Source: a virus
Lineage: Duplodnaviria; Caudoviricetes
Virus record (IMG/VR): IMGVR_UViG_3300032257_000060
Location: 1 to 36,134 of that record
Direction: 5' to 3' (one strand)
Length of the DNA stretch: 36,134 nucleotides
The notes beneath the pieces are model-generated. The model did not search any database and had not been told where the DNA came from. It saw only the letters and a program-made list of their open reading frames with translations. This document shows positions 35,533 through 36,134 of the stretch, piece by piece (the first letter of the stretch is position 1; every line of letters starts with the position of its first letter). The translations under genes and the position numbers were made by a program.

Positions 35533-35743
35533 AGGTGCTGATAACAAGACCTGTATGGCTAAAACTGCATTTATGTATAGCCTAGGTATCTGCTTAATCA
35601 AAATCCTTATATCTGGCGTTGCAATAGGCGACATGACCTTTGAGCAAGCTGATTATACGGGCATGGCGGCATTCTTAGCCCCAGTAGCCGCTATTTACTA
35701 CGGTAGAGCAAAGACTAAGGCGGAGCATCAAACTTATGTTTAG
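35516..35743 (+). CDS. Putative holin (2 TM)
   Basis: Two hydrophobic segments then YYGRAKTK; start moved to ATG 35516. Confidence 0.6.
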   Translation: MAMTFKGADNKTCMAKTAFMYSLGICLIKILISGVAIGDMTFEQADYTGMAAFLAPVAAIYYGRAKTKAEHQTYV

Positions 35744-35960
35744 CGGAATAATGACAAAGATAGCAGGCGCACTCACGTTAGCAGTCACCATTCTGCTGGC
35801 AATTGTCGGTTATCAGCGTAAAGAAAACAAACGCAAGCAAGAAGTCATTGACACGCACGAAAAGAAAGACGACATCCAAGACCAAATTAAACAAGGTGAG
35901 CAGGACATTGAAGCTAATAAAGATAGCATTGATACTGATGATTGGAAGCGTAACATTTAG
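35736..35960 (+). CDS. Inner-membrane spanin (Rz-like)
   Basis: N-terminal TM plus a coiled coil; overlapped by a lipoprotein gene. Confidence 0.7.
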   Translation: MFSGIMTKIAGALTLAVTILLAIVGYQRKENKRKQEVIDTHEKKDDIQDQIKQGEQDIEANKDSIDTDDWKRNI

Positions 35961-36134
35961 TTGTTCAACGATTAAGCTAATCCACGAGCCACTAGATATC
36001 GAATCTTGTCTTAAAGAGCGTTATACTGAGTATGAAAAAGCAACGATGACCGACCCTGTAGGGCGTAAAATCTACTTAAACAAGAAATTATGCGAGCAGT
36101 TAATCACAAATCATAACGAGGCGCACAGGAATGA
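35908..36134 (+). CDS. Outer-membrane spanin lipoprotein (Rz1-like); continues across the circular junction to TGA at 129-131
   Basis: TTG start, MKLIKIALILMIGSVTFS-C lipobox-like signal, 76 aa, overlaps the i-spanin 3' end. Confidence 0.75.
   Translation, partial: MKLIKIALILMIGSVTFSCSTIKLIHEPLDIESCLKERYTEYEKATMTDPVGRKIYLNKKLCEQLITNHNEAHRN
36008..36134. repeat. Terminal direct repeat copy 2
   Basis: Identical to 1-127. Confidence 0.95.

Noticed and set aside
36008-36134. 127-bp terminal repeat as a biological direct terminal repeat
   Set aside because: The length equals a common assembler k-mer and it falls mid-gene, so it is best read as a circular-assembly overlap

Overview
The window is an apparently complete, circularly permuted ~36.0 kb dsDNA phage genome. 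Bases 1-127 repeat exactly at 36008-36134, giving a unit length of 36,007 bp. It has a P22-like podovirus virion module: terminases, portal, scaffold, N4-gp56-type major capsid, gp4/gp10-like tail hub, GNAT, three ejection proteins and a beta-helix tailspike. It also has a leftward recombination operon (ERF, YqaJ exonuclease, SSB), a lambdoid-style rightward early/nin region, four HNH endonuclease genes, two DNA methyltransferase loci and a Gram-negative lysis cassette (holins, overlapping spanins, DUF5675 endolysin candidate). No integrase, CI-type repressor with a peptidase domain, helicase, primase or polymerase is evident. The most unusual locus is the C5-cytosine methyltransferase at 28926-30423, which uses all three forward frames. 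Motif I is interrupted by a precise 6-nt TGA-CTC insert, and skipping it would restore DLFSGIGGF. A complete HNH gene is overprinted inside the still-open MTase frame. The C-terminal half is a separate, overlapping, translationally coupled ORF. Other highlights are a ~480-nt structured non-coding region before the replication-like gene, an anti-Shine-Dalgarno hairpin sRNA, a C4-like RNA, a ninG with no canonical start codon, a peptide plus membrane-protein pair heading the lysis cassette, and a sulfotransferase-like gene in the head module. All family assignments are from motif recognition by eye, not database searches.
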